DNA of 64,000 nucleotides from Callorhinchus milii (lineage: Eukaryota). Of the stretch, positions 1-12,117 are shown piece by piece; the first letter of the stretch is position 1, and each line of letters begins with the position of its first letter. A program made the position numbers and the translations under genes. Under the pieces are notes generated by a model. That model had not been told where the DNA came from, made no database searches, and saw nothing but the letters and a program-made list of their open reading frames with translations. The stretch lies in NCBI RefSeq assembly GCF_018977255.1, contig NW_024704742.1:136092001-136156000 (forward strand), written 5' to 3'.

Positions 1-300
1 GGGGTTGGACCCCTGTTATAAAGCAGAAGTTTGAGGGGAGAGCCATAAAATCACACGCCATGTTATGGAGGATCACGGAAGAAACAATAAGCCTTATATT
101 TGGTATCAGAGCCTTTCACGTTGGGAGGGACGTCTCAAAGCGCTTCACAGGATTTACTGTAAAGTGTAGTGACTGTGTATTTTGTAGGCGAACATGGCAG
201 ACAATTTGCACGGAGCAAAAGGGACGCCAATCATCAGCACTTCCGAAGGGTCAGGCGTGCAGGAAGTCAGCCGATCAGGGATGGAAGTCGGCCATTAGGA

Positions 301-528
301 CAGGAAGTTGGTCTCTGGGCCGGTCAGGGCAGGAAGTTGGTCACTGGGCCGGTCAGGACAGGAAGTTGGTCACTGGGTCGGTCAGGGCAGGAAGTTGGTC
401 ACTGGGCCGGTCAGGACAGGAAGTTGGTCACTGGGCCGGTCAGGACAGGAAGTTGGTCACTGGGTCGGTCAGGGCAGGAAGTTGGTCACTGGGCCGGTCA
501 GGACAGGAAGTTGGTCACTGGGCCATTA
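301..528. repeat. 29-bp minisatellite, ~8 copies (CAGGAAGTTGGTCACTGGGCCGGTCAGGR)
   Basis: Units start at 301, 330, 359, 388, 417, 446, 475 and 504 (partial). Explains the repetitive ORFs 60-581, 169-564 and 308-529. Confidence 0.95.
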
Positions 529-1031
529 AGAGCAGAAAGCCAGGCTTCCTGTGGAGCGATTTGAGATGTTGTGGGACGTGACGAGGTGCGGTTTAAACGT
601 AAGCGACTTCTTCGGCTCTTATCTCCACCTCAGAGAATCTCTGGCGCAGTCACAAAAACCGAACAACAATCCTTACAATCAGCTGCGGAGCCAGAATTAG
701 CTCAAAGAGTCAGGTGAAGTGACTGTGCGTTTGCGTTTGCAGGTGAGCGCCGCAGGCAATGGTGACCCGTTCTCTCGGCGGAGAATGGCCCGCGCTCATA
801 CATATTCACAGACGCCTTCGATTTGTTAATGCAGTGGAAGACGAGAGTGAGGTTATCGAGGTGACGCGAGGACACACTCCCTGACTCTCAGTAGATCAGA
901 CCCTCGGCTGAACTGAGTGGAGCTGAGCATCAGTGAGATAAAACCAGGGAAATTGTTCAACTATAATCTACTGTTCAGCTTGAAATCACTGCATTTCCTG
1001 TCCGCCTCAATGCCTTTCTTATCCACGTTAC

Positions 1032-1039
1032 CTTCTGTG

Positions 1040-1072
<33 letters not shown>

Positions 1073-1144
1073 CCTCCCGAAGCCTCTCTGAACTCGTGAT
1101 GACTCTATTCGGCGCTGTTTCTTAACTCAAATGCACTGACGTCA
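1032..1144 (-). promoter_or_regulatory. Candidate alternative promoter / non-coding first exon with full CRE
   Basis: Perfect TGACGTCA at 1137-1144, followed on the minus strand by a GA-rich leader ending in an AAG|GTAACG donor (1031-1026). No ATG in the interval. Confidence 0.3.
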
Positions 1145-1202
1145 ACTCTCGGGAACACTGTTCCAACCCACTCCGCTCGCCGAGTCGGAAGGTTTACCCC
1201 CG

Positions 1203-2185
1203 ACACACACTCGCGCACACACGCACACACTCACATTCACTCACTCACTCACTCACTCACACACACATTCACTCACTCACACACTCACATTCTCACACTC
1301 GCACATTCACTCACACACTCACTCACTCACAAGCACATTCACACACTCTCACACACACACATACACACTCTCACACACACTCACACTCAGTCATACACAC
1401 TCACACACACACACACTCACACACACACATTCACTCACTCACACACACATTCACTCACACACTCACTCACTCACTCACACACTCACTCACTCACACACTC
1501 ACTCTCACACGCACATTCACTCACTCACACACACACACACACATACTATACACACACACACCAGATCATACACACACACCAGATCACACACACACACATA
1601 CAATACACACACACACCAGATCACACACACACACACACTATACACACACACACACACCAGATCACACACACACACATTCAATACACACACACACACCAGA
1701 TCACACACACATACAATACACACACACACACACCAGATCACACACACACACCAGATTACACACACACACCAGATCACACACACACACACCAGATCACACA
1801 CACACACACACACCAGATCACACACACACACACACCAGATCACACACACACATACAATACACACACACACACACCAGATCACACACACACACACCAGATC
1901 ACACACACACACACACACCAGATCACACACACACACACACCAGATCACACACACACACACCAGATCACACACACACCAGATCACACACACACACACCAGA
2001 TCACACACACACACACACATACACACACACATACATACACACACCAGATCACACACACACACCAGATCACACACACACACCAGATCACACACACACACCG
2101 GATCACACACACATACACACACACACCAGACCACACACACACACCAGATCACACACACACACACCAGATCACACACACACGCGCA
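1203..2185. repeat. Composite (CA)n/(CACT)n repeat; (CA)n punctuated by CCAGAT from ~1555
   Basis: Direct inspection; source of the spurious C/V-rich ORF 1517-2194. Confidence 0.95.
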
Positions 2186-2456
2186 CTGCAGCAAAAATGC
2201 TACGTTAGAAGAATGTACAGCTTTTTAATAAGATAAATTTACGATGTGAATCTGAATTATGAATTTATATTAACTTTATGGAGCTTCAAAATCAGCAGAG
2301 ACCGAGTATCACAACACAGCACATAATTCAGACCTAACCAGGACCTGGAGTATATAAAAAATGTGCCAACGTGGGGGTGGGGGAGATGTAGTCAGTGAGT
2401 TTCACTCACACAGTCTGACTTACACCAATGTCTGCTTAACCCAGACTGAGAATTCC

Positions 2457-2543
2457 ACATAGGAACAGGAGGAGGCCATTCAGCCCCTCGAGCCTGCTCC
2501 GCCCATTCTATTAGAGCATGACTGATCTGTACCTCAACTCCAA
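2457..2543 (-). mobile_element. CR1-type LINE 3' tail fragment
   Basis: CATAGGAACAGGAGGAGGCCATTCAGCCCCTCGAGCCTG matches the 3' end of the longer CR1 copies at 10672-10962 and 16700-17675. Confidence 0.8.
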
Positions 2544-2559
2544 TATATATATTGGAATT

Positions 2560-2566
2560 CATCTCG

Positions 2567-2599
<33 letters not shown>

Positions 2600-3062
2600 C
2601 CTCCCTCCCTCCTGCACTCCCACTCTCTCCTGCTCACTCGTTCTCTCGCTCACTCTCTCGCTGACTCACTTGCTCACTCACTCGCTCACTCACTCACTCG
2701 CTCTCTCCCTCTCATTCTCTCTCGCTCACTCGCTCTCTCTCTCACTCACTCACTCGCTCACTCACTCTCTTGTTCTCTCGCTCACTCTCTCCTCTCTCTC
2801 ACTCGTTCTCTCACTCACTCGCCCTCTCACTCTCCTGCGCACTCACCCACTCACGCTCTCACTCACTCACTCACTCACTCTTTCTCATGCTCCCACTCAC
2901 TCGCCATCTCACTCGCCTGCTCTGATTCACTCCCTTCGCGCTCCCAGGCTTTCACTCCTCACGCTCTCACTCACTCACTCACTCTCTCTCTCTCTCCCTT
3001 TCTTTCACTCATGCTCTCACTCTCTCCCTCCCTCTCGCACTCACTCTCACACTCTCTCTCTC
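2560..3062. repeat. (CT)n/(CTCA)n low-complexity repeat
   Basis: Direct inspection. Confidence 0.9.
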
Positions 3063-3518
3063 TGCGCACCCAAGCAGCAGTGATAGGTGATTAAGCGATA
3101 ACATCTGTTAATTAATGCTGCGCTCTCCTATCAAACACAGACAGTTGTTCGGCCCTGTTATCTCGAACGTCCCTCAACTGACAGACAAAAAAATGATCTC
3201 CTATGCTCAGTACATGAGTGACAGACACACAATGGATCGCCTCAGACTCGGGGTGGGGAAGGGGGAGAGGAGTGGTGGGGGGAGTGTCGGAGACCCTGAT
3301 TTCCCTCCTCGGTCAGGCCAGTTTTATCGGTTATCAGCGACGGCATATTTGCTCTGTCACGTCGAAACCGTCAGCCTTCCAGACTCCGGGAAAACTCCTG
3401 GAGGCAAAGCAGCAGCCGGAAAACGCCAGTCGCTTGTTCATCTGGCGAATAAAGCCACCGGATTGCAACCCGCCACAGCTCGTTCGTGGGAGGCCGCGGG
3501 ATGCGATGTTAAACATAC

Positions 3519-3890
3519 AGACCTGTAGCTCAGTTGTTAGCACGCTCGCCTCACAAGCCAGAAGACCCGGGTTTAATTCCCGGCCAGGGCGAAACCTAAA
3601 GGCAAGATTCCTTACTCCGCAGGCCTCTGTTTACCCGGCAGTAAGTAGGAACCTGGTTGTTAGTCAATTGGCGGATCGCTTTCCAGGGTAATAATCCCTT
3701 CAAAAAGTAAATAATAATTCTGGTCACTCAATCCACAACTGTTTGTGAGACGCTGCTGTGCGCAATTGGCTGCCGCGATTTGCCCACAGTCAATTCACTT
3801 TACAGTACATTCTGTGCAGCGCTTTGAGACGTCTGGAAGATGTGATAAGGCGCAATATCAAAAGCAAAGGTTATTATTATTAATATTATT
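3519..3890 (+). mobile_element. SINE family A (tRNA head, CORE-like centre, L2-type tail, (ATT)n end), near full length
   Basis: Has A/B box-like head, central GGCAAG...CCTTACTCC...GCCTCTGTTTACC block and tail GTGATAAGGCGC...ATTATT. Homologous to many other copies in the window. Confidence 0.9.
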
Positions 3891-6800
3891 TCTCCCGGTG
3901 TCCTGGCTGACAATCTCCCAGATAAAATTGATTATTCACTTCATGGCAGTTTGGGGGACGTTGCTGTGTGCACATTGGTTGTTGCGTTCATCTACACAAC
4001 ACACAGTTGCTACACTTGAGAGTAAATCCTGTGAAGCGTTTTACGATGTCCTGCCGACCTGAAAGGCACTGTATCAAGTGTAGCAGTGACGTGATAAGCC
4101 ACTATGTCAACCACAACAACAATAACCTGCATTGATATAGTGCTCTTCACCCGGGTCAATTGTGCGCAGTTGGTTGCCATGTTTCACCCACGAAACTTAT
4201 AGTCACTACACTTTACAGCATATTGAGACGTCTCGAGGAAGTGATAAGGCGCTATATCAGATGTAAGGATTATTATTATTATAAGGAATGTTATGAGAAC
4301 CGCATTAATTCCCAACAATACCTCTGGTGGACCGAGAAAGATTGGTCCAATTTGATTTCTTGAGGTGTTGCCGGTCGGCTGGGCTGTAATGAGAAGGGGA
4401 GCTAACCACTGTTTAATTTCAGGACAATTAGGAAACAGGGTTATGAATTCTCCCGAACCATTAATCACCGGTAATAAGCAATTCATCATCACCCACTCGC
4501 ACAGTCTGTGCCTTACAGCACTCTCTGATATCCTCGCAACAGCAAGCAGGGCCAAGATGAGAGATGTGTTGTGTTAACTATCACCTGGGTTAACCAGCAC
4601 ACAGTGAAAAGGTTGTCTTAAACCAGTCCCCTAATGGTAGTTTGTGTCTAACCCCTCAATCGTATGTACACATGGACGCACGTGTATGTAGAGAAAGATT
4701 TCGAGAGTAAGAGAGAGGTACAGGGATCTAGAGATAAGAGAGAAAGAGATAAACAGGACAAAACGAGTGAGGAAAAGCTGATAATGATTCTTATTTATTG
4801 AAGTGCTTCATTGAAATGTCTCAAAGTGCTTCACAAGACTTATAATAAGGATAATCCTTGCATTTTATATTGGGCCTTATCACATCGTTGAGACGTCTCA
4901 AAGCACTTCATGGAATATGCAGTCAAGTGAATTGATTGTGTGTTTTGTGGGCGAAACACGGCAGCCAATTGCGCACAGCAGCGTCCCACAAAACAGTGGT
5001 GGATTGATAATCTATAGTAAATCTAGTTACTATGGATTGCAGGTACTGTGTATTTTGTTGTATGTGAGGATACAACAACAAAATTACATTTGTATATCAC
5101 CTTTCATGTCGGGAGATCGTCCCAAGGCGCTGGACAGACAGAGTAATAAATGCAACCCTGCATTTATATAGTGTTGTTCATGCGGGATAAGGTCTCGCAA
5201 CACTTTACAGTGACAGGGTTGGACAATGAGGAGGGTTTGGAAGTGGGAAGAGTCATGGTCAAAGAAATAGGTTTTCGTGTAAGACTTGAAGATGACTAGA
5301 GAGGAGGAAAGCCGAGGGAAGGGGCAAGGAATTGGAAAGCTAGGCCACCGATGATCGGGTGAAGGCATCCAGCCCAATTAGGGCTTGAGAAGAGAAGTAG
5401 GAGGATAAATTTATAGCACAGTTAAAGGCCATTCAGACACTGTGTTGACCATTCAGGAGCAGAGAGATAAAGAGATGGTGAATCAATTCACAGGTGAGTC
5501 TGTGTCCAATTTGTGTGTGTGTGTGTGTGTATTTTTTAGGCGAACGCAGCAGACAATTTGCCACCAAATAAGGAGATCAAGACAGAGACACACGTAGATA
5601 TAGATAGAGCTAGAGGATGAGAGCTGCAGAGAGGGCACGGACATCCAGAATAGAGAGACAGGGCGTGAGACACACATACACAGATCGATATATATAATAA
5701 TAAATAAAGAATAATAATAATCCTTGCATTTGATAAAGCGCCTGATCACTCACATCTTTGAGACGTCTCAAAGGCACTTCACTGAATATACTGTAAAGTG
5801 AATTGACTGTGTATTTTGTGGGCGAAACGCACTGCCAATTGCGCACATCAGCGTCCCACAAACAGCAGCTATTACTATTATTATTAAAGGGAGAGCTGGA
5901 AAGAGATACGGAGAGAAAAACCGAGATCTAGGGATTTAGAGAGAGAGAAAGACATTTACGCATGTACAAAGAGATTTATAGAAAGAGCTGGAGAGAAAGA
6001 TGTAAAGAGAGGAAGATATACAGTGAGAGAGAGAGATCTAGCAAACTAGAAATAGAAAGACAGTCAGAGAGAGATGTTGGTATATATTTAGAGAGAGAGA
6101 TGGTGGTGGGGGGGGGGGGGGGTGGGGAGGTGAGAGTTGGATGACACATGTGGAGGTTTGAAGGATAGACTTGTTCTGCAGCGAGTTTCATTATAAACCA
6201 GCACAGACATACCGCGAAACATGACATATTATTTTTCCGGAATTAGGCGCACGAAAACAACACAAGTGTTTTTTTTCCCCCCGCTCACAAAAGAAAGCCC
6301 TCGCCGCAATTTATTCCTGTTGTTCTCGCTGTCCAAACAATTGCGCAAAGACAGCCCAGCATTTATCTGTCTGGGTACCAAGGCAATGAGTTTTCCTTGA
6401 GGCGACTAGACTCTATTCTTCTGTCCAACACTGGGCCAGTAACACTCACTCACTCTCGCTCCCTGGCTTACACCGTCTCTCACCAGCGTCCTTCCATTCA
6501 ATTACAAACCTCTTTCTTTCCTACCCCCCCCTCCACCCACCCCACCCCACCACCACTCCAACCCCTCCCCCATATCGCCCGCACGGAGCCTGAGAGCAAT
6601 TTTGGCTAAAAAAGAAAACAATTCAATTTTCTCTTGAGACGTACACAGACGTTTTTGAGAGATGAACTCAAAAATCTTTTGTGTGCATGCGTAGGCGTGT
6701 TTGTCCGTGTCTGTGTGTGTGTGTGTGTGTGAGACAAGGGTTATGTGTGTAGAGAGCTGCATTTGGGTGTGGGGGTTGGAGTAGGAGTTCTGTTTGCGTG

Positions 6801-6929
6801 TGTAGGGTGACCGTGTTTGCGTGTCGTTGTTGTTGTTGGTGTTGTGTGATTGCGCTGGTGTAGGGCGACGTTTTTTTTCCCGCCGGGTCAGACCAAGCCT
6901 GGGTTACGCACACATGATGCGACAGTGCC

Positions 6930-6994
6930 AGCCGGAGGAAATCACCCCCCCCGGGGCCGGATGTGGCCCGCGGGCCGCCAGTTGGACCACCAAG
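6930..6994 (+). mobile_element. hAT-Charlie-like non-autonomous DNA transposon end
   Basis: GGGCCGGATGTGGCCCGCGGGCCGCCAGTTGGACCACC resembles MER58/MER30-type subterminal motifs. It is followed by GTCTAGGC, close to the Charlie NTCTAGAN target consensus. The other end is not securely seen. Confidence 0.55.
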
Positions 6995-7670
6995 GTCTAG
7001 GCTTACAATCTAGTGGAGTTCTTGGTGGGGTGGGCGGTGTGGGAGAATTGTGGCGTATTGTGCTCAGATGATACATTAAATCAAGGGTCTTGATTGTCAA
7101 GACTTGATCATTCATTTCCTGGCTATTTGCTGTGTGGCACGTGACTACACGGGAGAGAAATTACAGTGTGAAAGAGTTTGGACACGAGAAAGCACAATAT
7201 CTGGTGAAAGGATGATTATTATCATTATCAAATCTGAGGATAAATTCATTCCATACCGCCCACGGATTGCGTCCTTCTCCGGCATCGAGAGTGCGGTCAT
7301 ATTCACTGTAATCTGTCTATAATCAGATTTTAGTCAGGGAAACAGCAAATAAAACAACACTTATGCAGGGTTTACTCAGCAAAAACAACATCAGGTACCA
7401 GAATTACACTTCATTAAAGTGTAAGTGTTTTGACAATTAATCAGCAGTCTGGTCTTTCACCCATATCACTCAATAATGGCGCTACCTTTTTTTGTAATGA
7501 ATAATTTACGGTCGTTGCAGCTCCAACGACAATGTAGGATAAATTAATGCTTGGCATTTTATTGCTTACACTTGGAAATCGCTGGGCCCAGTGTTGGCTC
7601 TCGTTACAATCACCGCCACTCCCACACACACACTCACACAAACACACATGCTAGACACACACTTCCCTTC

Positions 7671-7828
7671 GAGTCCTGTAGCATATTGATTAGAGCACTC
7701 GCCTCGCAAGCGAGAGGACCCAGATTCGGGGCAAAAACTTAGGCAAGTTTCGCCCCCAAAATATACAGTCAATTTACTTGGCAGTGTATTCCGTGAAGCG
7801 CTTTGAGATGTCTCAACAAGTTGATAAG
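7671..7828 (+). mobile_element. SINE family A, internally deleted
   Basis: Head GAGTCCTGTAGC...CTCGCCTCGCAAGCGAGAGGACCC is joined directly to the tail region. Confidence 0.8.
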
Positions 7829-10029
7829 CCCGCTAGAGAAGCACGGAAATCTACGAGACAGTACGAGGTCATTCAGCACATCTTATTGATGCTTCTGTTT
7901 GCTCCTCCAATGCAGATTCCTATCCTAATATTTTTCTTCTTCAAATATTTGTCCAACTTTAAAGAGAGGGTCCCATTCTGGGAAGAGATATTCCAGCACA
8001 GTACTGGAGGGGGGGTGTCGGGGGTTGGGGTGTGGGGGGGTTATGGGGTGGGTATGTGGGGGAGAGCCCTGCATTGTCAGTAGGTCCTGTCCTTCGAGCG
8101 AGATGTTAAACCTAGGTCCCTGTCTATTCCCTGTTCAGGGAGGCGAAAAGATCTCACAACATCAGTTAAAAAAAAGCCAAGGGCGTTTCACACAGCGCCC
8201 TCAGGATATTTCACACCCGATCTCGCTCGCACACAAAATTGCTGCCACATTTGCCTGCAAAAGCAGTCACTACACTAGTTAGTAATTACTCAAAAAAAGG
8301 CTCTTTTTTTCCCCAATTATTTTTGAACGGCCGCCCTAAACAGGCGACATAAGGTGAGGCGTTATGAAAAAAAAAATGCAAGTTCCTACTTCCTCCCTTC
8401 CTTTCCAGTAACTGCAACATAAGGGGATTGATAGGGACGTTTCAAGAATGTTCTTCTTGTTGTTCCTCTCCAGCAGCGATAAGCAGCTAATACACACTAT
8501 TCTGATTGAACAATCAAGTGCAATTGTCTGAGTGAAATGGAACAGGGGCTGGTACCTGTACAAAGAAAGTGCTTCCTGCGTTCAGGTCTCTGCTTACCAT
8601 GCTTCTGGTCCAGGTGTCGCCCTTAAAAGAGCACGCACGCAATGGGCCGAATGGCCTTCTTCTGCGCTGTAAATGTCTTCGGTTCTATGTTCCGCAGACC
8701 AAAAAGAGGCCACTCAACAGCAAGCTGCATTTATACAGCGCCCTTCGCAAAGGACAGTCTCTCGCAGAGCTTAACCGTGACGGGGTCAGGGATCAGACAC
8801 TTAACGAGAGGAAGGGTTGGGGGGGGGGGGTGACCGTGTGTGCAGCTGAAGAAATAATAAAAATGATTGTATTTGATACATACAGCGACTTTCATGTCGG
8901 GAGGATGTCTCAAAACTTCACAGGATTTACTGTAAAGTGCAGTAACTGTGCATTTTGTAAGCAAACGCAACAGCCAATTTGCTTACAGCAATGATGAATG
9001 ACCGATTTTATCTGAGGGATTGTTAGCCAGGACACGGGTGTTGGGGGGGTGGTGGGGGGGAGAACAAGAAACAACAAAAACTTGCATTTATACTATGCTC
9101 TTCACAAGGGGTAACATCTCAGAGCCCCTTAACAATGACGGAACTTGACGATGAGCAAGGAAGAGAAGGGAAGTGACTGTATGTATTCAAATGGACAAGT
9201 TGGGGACAAGACTTCCTTCTCTAGTATCTCTAGTACAATCTCCCCAAATATTGGAATCAGCCTATTTGATCTCATCCTTCCAGAATACCTGCCCTGGTGT
9301 CTCCCATCACTGCATTAAATGTCATCAACCAGCCCCCGAAAAACTGCCTAGACCTGCATCAATTGTCCCTCTGCCAGTGTCTGATCTGAAGAGTCACAGC
9401 TGTTTGCGTCGAGTTGGTGCCCTGAGCTCTCGGCAGGCTCTGTATGAGCTGTCAATCCACCTAGGGCTTCAGAGAGAGCTCATGTACCCCTGACATCAAA
9501 GGCCAGAGTCTTTTGTTCTTCGTTCCTCTGTTGTCACTCAACACGGCCTTTTATTATCCATCGGACTGAGTTAAGCAAGTCACAAGAGGAAGCTGCCCTG
9601 AGTCTCGTACCTGCCTTTAGCAGATATAATGGGGACTGCAGCTCCACAACGCACACAAAGAGGTCGTCTCAAAGTGCTTCATGTGAGTGACAAATTCGGT
9701 CACCTCTATCCACTGTTTGTGGGACATTGCTGTGCTCAATTGGCTGCCGCGTTTCCCCCGCAAAATACACAGTCGATCCACTTTGCAGTATATTCTGTGA
9801 AGCGTTTGGAGACGTCTCTACGGCCTGATAAGACGCTGTATCAAATGCAATGATTATTTTATTACTATTTACTGTGAACTGTAGGGACTGTGCGAACCCT
9901 GCAGCCAATTTGTGCACAGCAACATCCCCGAAACAGCCATCGAGTGAATCATAGAATGATAGAATTATGCAGCAGAAAAGGAGTGAAACTCGGCCCATTA
10001 TGTCTGAAACTCCCTTCTCTTTTCGTGTA

Positions 10030-10231
10030 GTGCAATGGGATCCTTGATGTCCACCTGGGCCTCAGTTTACTGTCTGAGGTGAAGGACAGCACCTCGACAA
10101 TGAATTGCTCCAATAGAACTGCACTCTCCAGCCTGGACCTGGAGTTCAAAGTCCCAGATGTGGGGATGACCAAAAGGTGTGGCCTTCTGACTCACAGGTG
10201 AGATTGGTTCTGAATGGGCCGTGCTGACACC
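10030..10231 (-). mobile_element. SINE family B (DeuSINE/SacSINE1-like) fragment
   Basis: Reverse-complement match to the head and centre of the 20639-21068 copy. Confidence 0.7.
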
Positions 10232-10671
10232 TAAATGCCAGCGCTTGCTTTACTGTCAAGATTTTGCCATCAATTCACAAGGTATTTCTCTCTGACAGGA
10301 TGCAAAGAAGGGTTTGGAGGAAGGATTTCCTCTGATCTCCACCTCGTTTTCTTCTCTCCCTTCTAACTCGAACTCTCTCCACCTCCCTCATTCCCATTCC
10401 TCCAATTTACAATTGACCTGTATGTTCCACCAACCCCCCAGGTGGGGGTAGGGGGTGGGGGGGTGAGGGCAAGGTGGGAGGAAGGGGGGGTGGTGTGGTG
10501 GGAAGATGACCAAAGGCGTGGTCAAAGAGGAAGATTTGGAGATTCTGGAGATTCCCAGAACGGGGAAAGATAATTGGCAGTGATACTTTGCTTCTGCTCT
10601 CAGGAAATCTCTCCTTAAATCATTCTGCCTCGCTCCCCCCATCATCGCTTTTAACACCCAACTCCGAAACA

Positions 10672-10962
10672 GGGCTGGCGAATCTTAAACTTAGAGCGAG
10701 GCCATTTAGGAGTGAAATCAGCAAGTATTTTTTCACCCAAAGGCGAGTGGAAATCTGGAACTCTCTCTCCCCCAAAAGGCTGTGGGATTATGGATCCATT
10801 CACATTTTCAAGCCTGAGGTGGATAGATGTTTGTTAGGTCAGGGTATCGAGGAACATGGAGCAAATGAGGGTAATTGGCGTTGAGGTACAGATCAGCCAT
10901 GATCTTATAGAACGGCGGAACAGGCTGGACGGGCTGAATGGCCTACTCCTGTTCCTATGTTT
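10672..10962 (+). mobile_element. CR1 LINE 3' fragment (ORF2 C-terminus + 3'UTR)
   Basis: Translates to NLKLRARPFRSEISKYFFTQRRVEIWNSL, a typical CR1 ORF2 end, followed by the GGCTGAATGGCCTACTCCTGTTCCTATG tail. Confidence 0.88.
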
Positions 10963-11565
10963 GGATGTAATATAAAACCCCGACTTCTTTGACGGGGTCT
11001 CCCCATCTCCCATCCAGCTTGTGCTCCCGCTCCTTATCTGGAGACGTTCCCCTGTGCGAAAGACCCTGCGTAAGTGCAAATTGTACTGTTATTGAGTTTC
11101 TGCTCAGACACGCTATTGCAATTCCAATTAGCCTTGAGCTCTCATCAGTCTTTGACTCCTAGATACCACTGACTGCTCATTCATCATCCGTGTCTGCGCT
11201 CATTCACCAAGACCACAAGCCTTCCTCGGGGGGAGGGGGGGGGGGCAGGAGAAAGGAGAGAGAGAGAGAGAGAGAGGAGAGGGAGACAAGTGAGAGGAGA
11301 GAGAAAAAGAAGGGAGAGAGGGGGAAGCAATACAATACAAAATTATAGTGCCTTTCACGGCAGGAGGACGTCCTAAGGCGCTGGAGGAATGATAGAAGAT
11401 GTACGGAAACAGGGAGAGAGGGGGGTAGGGGGCGTGGAGAGGGGCAGAGCAGAATGAGGGAGAGGGGGTGGATGACAGGAGAGAGAGAGAGAAGGGGAAA
11501 ACACAGAAAGAAAAATTCTCTTTCTAATATTCCATCTAATTGCCCACTTAGAAAAGGTGAGTGTA

Positions 11566-12083
11566 CTACAACAACAACACAGTTGTATAGCGCCTTTCAC
11601 GTAGGGAGGACGTCCTAAGGCGCTGGACAGACAGAGTTTTGAACCCGAGCTGGGGGTCGCGGTCAGGTGGAGGGCAGGGGCAATGAAAGCACGGTCGAAG
11701 AGGAGGATCTGAGATGGATCTTGAAGGTGGAGGGGGCGAGGTGGAGGGATTGCGAGATGGAGTTCCAGAGGGTGAGGGTAGAGTGGCAAAAGGCCCACCA
11801 GCCAATAGTGGGGCACACGAGGCGGGGGATATGAAGCAGGCCAGAGCCCGCTGAACGGTGGGGGCGAGCAGGTTGGTAGGGGGTTAGGAGTTCGCAGAGA
11901 TAGGGGGGAGCGAGACCATGGGGGGCTTTCATGGTGAGGACCAGGATCTTGTGTGATGGGAAGCCAGTAGATGGGAAGGATGGGGGTGATAGGAGAGAGG
12001 ACACGGGCTGCAGAGTTCTGAACGATCTGCGGTGGATGAGGATAGAGTGGTCAACGGTGTTGAAGGCAGCAGAGAGGTCAAGG
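11566..12083 (-). mobile_element. L2 LINE, 5'-truncated and internally deleted
   Basis: LDLSAAFNTVDHSIL is fused to the C-terminal KILVLT..HGLAPPYL..LWNS motifs; (TTG)n tail. Confidence 0.88.
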
Positions 12084-12117
12084 CTATAAATGGGAGACCG
12101 TTTCTTTGCTAAGAAGG

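Noticed and set aside
301..528. CRISPR-like 29-bp repeats / repetitive ORFs
   Set aside because: Units are contiguous with no unique spacers, there are no cas genes and the context is vertebrate. The ORFs are open only because the unit lacks stops.
652..660. Perfect RSS nonamer ACAAAAACC
   Set aside because: No CACAGTG heptamer at 12- or 23-bp spacing. The CACAGTG sites I checked lack nonamers, and no V/J segments are seen.
11110..11150. Second hammerhead candidate (minus-strand CTGATGA-GAGC...)
   Set aside because: No GAAA following a closed stem II.
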